Assembly (NCBI GenBank): GCA_964365675.1
Contig: CAYIQX010000002.1
Coordinates: 1-37,530 of the forward strand
From: an uncultured Candidatus Saccharibacteria bacterium
GTDB lineage: Bacteria > Patescibacteriota > Minisyncoccia > Sungbacterales > SURF-37
DNA: 37,530 nt
Direction of reading: 5' to 3'
The number at the start of each line of letters is the position of its first letter. The first letter of the stretch is position 1. A model generated the notes under the pieces. That model did no database searches and was not told where the DNA came from. It saw only the letters and a program-made list of their open reading frames with translations. Made by a program: the position numbers and the translations under genes. Shown in pieces: positions 34,386 to 37,530 of the stretch.

Positions 34386-34435
34386 CCCGAAGTATCAACG
34401 CGCAAAACGTTTGCGCGAAGATACTCCGGGTTTTT
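34386..34435 (+). terminator. Rho-independent terminator after the 179-aa protein gene
   Basis: The long hairpin is CCCGAAGTATC..CGCGCAAA-ACG-TTTGCGCG..GATACTCCGGG (34386-34430, one mismatch), followed by TTTTT (34431-34435). Confidence 0.65.
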
Positions 34436-34438
34436 CTC

Positions 34439-34957
34439 ATGGAACGAATCTGCTACCGTTACCTCATGCCGACATTCGTGTGCAAAAATGCCGCCGGAAC
34501 AAAACAGTTCGCCCGCCGCACTATTCAAAAACTTCTCGGAGTCGGTCATCGGCCCCTCGTCATTGCCCTTTCAGGAGAGCTCGGTAGCGGCAAGACCACG
34601 TTCGTCCAGGGGCTGGCGGGTGCTCTCGGCATCCGCCAGAGGGCCCAGAGCCCGACCTTTGTGCTCGTTAAGCGGTATCGGCTCGGCCGGCGCGCCGCGC
34701 CGTACCGTCATTTCATCCACGTGGATGCGTACCGGTTGCGGGGCGTTGGCGAAACGCGGGCGATCGGCCTTACGCACACCATCCGCGATCGCGATGCTAT
34801 CGTGGTCATTGAATGGGCGGAGCGGATAAAAAACCTTATTTCTAAAGGTGCGGCTTGGATTCGCTTTGAGCATATGAAGAAAAACGTCAGGGCTATATCG
34901 TTTGACGTTATTGGGGCGAAGGTCGGACGGCGAGGAACAAAGGCGAGCCACCTTTAG
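34439..34957 (+). CDS. tsaE: tRNA t6A37 biosynthesis ATPase TsaE (YjeE)
   Basis: ALSGELGSGKTTFVQGLAGALGI, SPTFVLVKRY, HVDAYRL and VIEWAE are present. ATG 34466 is a plausible alternative start, because ATG 34439 abuts the upstream terminator. Confidence 0.88.
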   Translation: MERICYRYLMPTFVCKNAAGTKQFARRTIQKLLGVGHRPLVIALSGELGSGKTTFVQGLAGALGIRQRAQSPTFVLVKRYRLGRRAAPYRHFIHVDAYRLRGVGETRAIGLTHTIRDRDAIVVIEWAERIKNLISKGAAWIRFEHMKKNVRAISFDVIGAKVGRRGTKASHL

Positions 34958-34965
34958 CGTTCAGT

Positions 34966-35006
34966 TTTCGTCTTTCGTCTTTTAGCTTTCGGCTTTCGTC
35001 TTACTC
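34966..35006 (+). repeat. Tandem heptamer tract (TTTCGTC consensus, about 5.5 units) immediately upstream of polA
   Basis: The units are TTTCGTC, TTTCGTC, TTTTAGC, TTTCGGC, TTTCGTC, TTACTC, followed directly by ATG 35007. Confidence 0.85.
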
Positions 35007-37530
35007 ATGAAACGCCTCGTTCTCATTGATTCGCACGCCGTCATCCACCGCGCCTTTCACGCGCTCCCGCTACTGACCAGTCCGGCCGGTGAGCCGGTTC
35101 AGGCGGTCTACGGATTTGCTTCCATTCTTTTAAAACTGCTTCGCGAGCTGAAGCCGGACTATGTGGTGGCCGCGTTCGATCATGAAGGGCCGACGTTCCG
35201 GCATGTCGCCTTCGAGCGCTACAAAGCCACCCGTGTCAAAGCTCCGGATGCCCTCTACCAGCAGATACCGCTGGTGAAGGAACTGGTTAGCGCGTTCGGC
35301 ATCCCGGTCATAGAAAAGGCCGGGTATGAGGCCGACGACCTTATCGGCACCATTGCCGCCGATGTGCGAAAGCACCACCCCCGTATAGAGGTCATTATTG
35401 CCACCGGAGATCTCGACACGCTCCAGTTGGTGGACGAGCGGACAAAAGTTTTTACCATGCGAAAAGGCGTTGCTGACACGGTACTGTACGATACGCTCGC
35501 GGTTCATGAGCGCTACGGTCTTTCTCCGCATCAGCTCACTGACTACAAAGGCCTTCGCGGCGATCCGTCCGACAACATTCCCGGCGTGAAAGGCATCGGC
35601 GAAAAAACGGCGACCGAGCTTCTTGCCCGGCACAGTTCCATTGAACAGCTTTACCGCGCCCTCAAGAAGGGGGAAGTGCTCGCCAAGCCAGGCATCATTG
35701 CCGCGTTGAAGGCGCACGAAGCCGACGCGCTTTTTTCAAAAACTCTTGCGACGATAGACCGCAACGTCCCCGTCAACTTTGTCCTCGCGTCGGCCCGGGT
35801 GCGGAGGTCCGGGACCGTACAGGAGTCAAGCCGGGCCATACTCGAGCGCTTTGGGTTCGAGAGCTTGCTGAAACGGATGGGTGAAGACGGCAAGGTCGTG
35901 TCAGTTGCGCCACCAGCATCTTTGGGCGAGAAAAAGAGTCCTATACAACTCGGCCGCGCTCGAACGCTCCAGAGTATTGACCGGCGCGGCCCGGCGGTTC
36001 TCCTTATTGATGAAGAGCGATCTCGGATTCTGGTTGCGCTTTCCGAGTATCGGGTCTACGAAGTGCCGCTTGCGGCTGCCGCGGGCAAAGGGGCCGCTCG
36101 GTGGTTTCGCCAAAAACCGCCCACGTATCTTTTCGGAGGAAAGTCAGCGATTCGTCTGGGCCTGCAGTTTGACCCGGTTTTTACGCGTGACCTTGCACTC
36201 CTGTGGTACCTGCTTGAGCCAGGGCGCCGTAGTTATGAGGCAAACGCGCTTATTGCGCAGGAGCTCCGCAATGCCTCGCCCCCGATTGATATCGTCGAGG
36301 CCGCCGGCTGTCTTTTCGCCATCGCTCCGGGGGTTGAGGTAAGGGTAAAGAAGGAGGAACTTTTGGGCGTGTATGAAGGCATCGAGGCGCCCCTTTTGCC
36401 TATCCTCGTCGCCATGGAAGATCGGGGCATCGGATTTGATTCAAGACCCCTGAAGGCCCTTTCAAAAAAAATGACTGCCGAACTCGGTACCCTTGAGAAA
36501 AAAATTCATGAGGCCGCCGGCGGGCCGTTTAGCATCAACTCGCCCCGCCAGCTTGGGGCGGTCATTTTTGAGAAGCTGGGTTTGGCGACAAAGGGCATCC
36601 GCAAGACCGAGCGATCCGGCGCGCTTTCAACGAACGAGGCAGAGCTTATAAAGCTGAAACATTTGCATCCTATTGTTGCCTATGTCCTCCGCTATCGGGA
36701 ACTGTACAAGCTGAAATCCACCTATGTTGACGCCCTGCCGGACCTTGCCCGTAAGGGCCAGCGCATCCATACCACCTGGAATCAGATGGGTACGGCCACG
36801 GGCCGCCTTTCCTCCTCCAATCCGAATCTTCAGAATATTCCCATTCGCAGTGCTTTCGGCAAGGAGATCCGGAAAGCATTTACGGCGGGGAAGGGTAATC
36901 TCCTCGTCACGTTCGACTACTCCCAGCTCGAGCTCCGTATCGCCGCGGATATGGCCGGGGATGAGAAAATGATGGATGCGTTCCGCCGCGGCCTGGATAT
37001 TCATCGGCTGACCGCCGCCGAGGTGAATAACGTGCCGCTGGAACAGGTAACCCCCGAGCTTCGCCAGAAAGCTAAGACCCTGAATTTCGGCGTACTCTAC
37101 GGCATGGGGGCGCGGGCGTTTGCGGAGTCGGCCGGCGTGACCCGCGATGAGGCCGAACATTTCATTGAGGAGTATTTCCATGACTTTGCGGGCATCGCCC
37201 ACCTTATCGCCCGGACGAAAGCGAGCGCGCATGAGCAGGGTTTCACCAAAACCGCCTTCGGCCGGAAACGCTTTTTCCCGGATCTTGCCCTGACCAATTT
37301 CCGACTTCAGCGCGAAGCCGAGCGCATGGCCGTGAATCACCCCATTCAGGGGACCGAGGCGGATATCATGAAAAAAGCGATGATCGAGGTGGAGGCCTTT
37401 ACCCGACAGACCGGGCTGGCATCCGATGTGGGGATGCTTTTGCAGATCCATGACGAGTTGATGTTTGAAGTTAAGGAGGAGCGTGTCGAGAGTGTGGTCC
37501 CCGAGATACGCCGCATCATGGAAAGTATCT
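35007..37530 (+). CDS. polA: DNA polymerase I (5'-nuclease + polymerase domains), 3'-truncated by the window end
   Basis: Hand translation is open from ATG 35007 to the last base. The 5'-nuclease motifs are LIDSHAVIHRAFHAL, YEADDLIGT and GDPSDNIPGVKGIGEKTA. Polymerase motif A is FDYSQLELRI, motif B is RQKAKTLNFGVLYG, and motif C is LLQIHDEL. The ORF is missing from the track because it has no stop. The track's minus-strand ORFs here are antisense shadows. Confidence 0.95.
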   Translation, partial: MKRLVLIDSHAVIHRAFHALPLLTSPAGEPVQAVYGFASILLKLLRELKPDYVVAAFDHEGPTFRHVAFERYKATRVKAPDALYQQIPLVKELVSAFGIPVIEKAGYEADDLIGTIAADVRKHHPRIEVIIATGDLDTLQLVDERTKVFTMRKGVADTVLYDTLAVHERYGLSPHQLTDYKGLRGDPSDNIPGVKGIGEKTATELLARHSSIEQLYRALKKGEVLAKPGIIAALKAHEADALFSKTLATIDRNVPVNFVLASARVRRSGTVQESSRAILERFGFESLLKRMGEDGKVVSVAPPASLGEKKSPIQLGRARTLQSIDRRGPAVLLIDEERSRILVALSEYRVYEVPLAAAAGKGAARWFRQKPPTYLFGGKSAIRLGLQFDPVFTRDLALLWYLLEPGRRSYEANALIAQELRNASPPIDIVEAAGCLFAIAPGVEVRVKKEELLGVYEGIEAPLLPILVAMEDRGIGFDSRPLKALSKKMTAELGTLEKKIHEAAGGPFSINSPRQLGAVIFEKLGLATKGIRKTERSGALSTNEAELIKLKHLHPIVAYVLRYRELYKLKSTYVDALPDLARKGQRIHTTWNQMGTATGRLSSSNPNLQNIPIRSAFGKEIRKAFTAGKGNLLVTFDYSQLELRIAADMAGDEKMMDAFRRGLDIHRLTAAEVNNVPLEQVTPELRQKAKTLNFGVLYGMGARAFAESAGVTRDEAEHFIEEYFHDFAGIAHLIARTKASAHEQGFTKTAFGRKRFFPDLALTNFRLQREAERMAVNHPIQGTEADIMKKAMIEVEAFTRQTGLASDVGMLLQIHDELMFEVKEERVESVVPEIRRIMESI

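Noticed and set aside
33794-34549. 251-aa minus-strand ORF.
   Set aside because: It is antisense to the 179-aa secreted protein gene, which has a promoter, RBS, signal peptide and terminator, and to the tsaE 5' end. Its product is Arg-rich shadow sequence.
35130-37451. Minus-strand ORFs of 195 aa (35130-35717) and 274 aa (36627-37451).
   Set aside because: They are antisense shadows of polA, whose plus-strand frame carries all the Pol I motifs.
1-37530. CRISPR arrays, rRNA or tRNA genes, transposases, integrases or prophage boundaries.
   Set aside because: Scanning the intergenic regions by eye, I found no spaced direct-repeat array and no tRNA-like T-arm/acceptor pattern. No ORF carries a DDE, tyrosine recombinase or serine recombinase signature.

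Overview
This is an origin-proximal chromosomal segment from a small-genome, monoderm-type bacterium. All family calls were made by eye from motifs; no searches were run. The gene content suggests Candidate Phyla Radiation/Patescibacteria, but that is inference only: a PrgI/VirB4/T4SS-pilin operon, TSP3-repeat secreted proteins, a lone PilB and an intein-bearing UvrD.

Gene order:
- M23/LysM peptidase (-)
- uvrD/pcrA interrupted by a 373-aa intein, then rsmA (+)
- an 11-gene, tightly coupled T4SS-like operon (5556-16857, +)
- a GC-rich two-gene SPFH module with its own promoter and terminator (17027-18511, -)
- the classical origin cluster jag-yidC-yidD-rnpA-rpmH (-) | dnaA, an AT-rich DnaA-box spacer (oriC), dnaN (+)
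- PBP1A (-) and tyrS (+)
- a minus-strand string: pilB, a 340-nt structured gap, ruvB, two membrane proteins, yebC, ruvC, a 48-aa acidic ORF, terminator
- a degenerate DHH/NrnA-like protein (-)
- a proline-rich secreted protein, tsaE and polA (+)

polA runs off the window end and is therefore missing from the supplied ORF track. I found no rRNA, tRNA, CRISPR array, transposase or integrase.

The best candidates for something new are:
1. the relaxase-less, coupling-protein-less T4SS-like operon, in which about half the genes are unassignable;
2. an orphan perfect-consensus promoter driving a structured RNA or element with a 29-bp perfect inverted repeat at 30471-30721;
3. the compositionally foreign SPFH module;
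4. the intein's non-canonical central domain.
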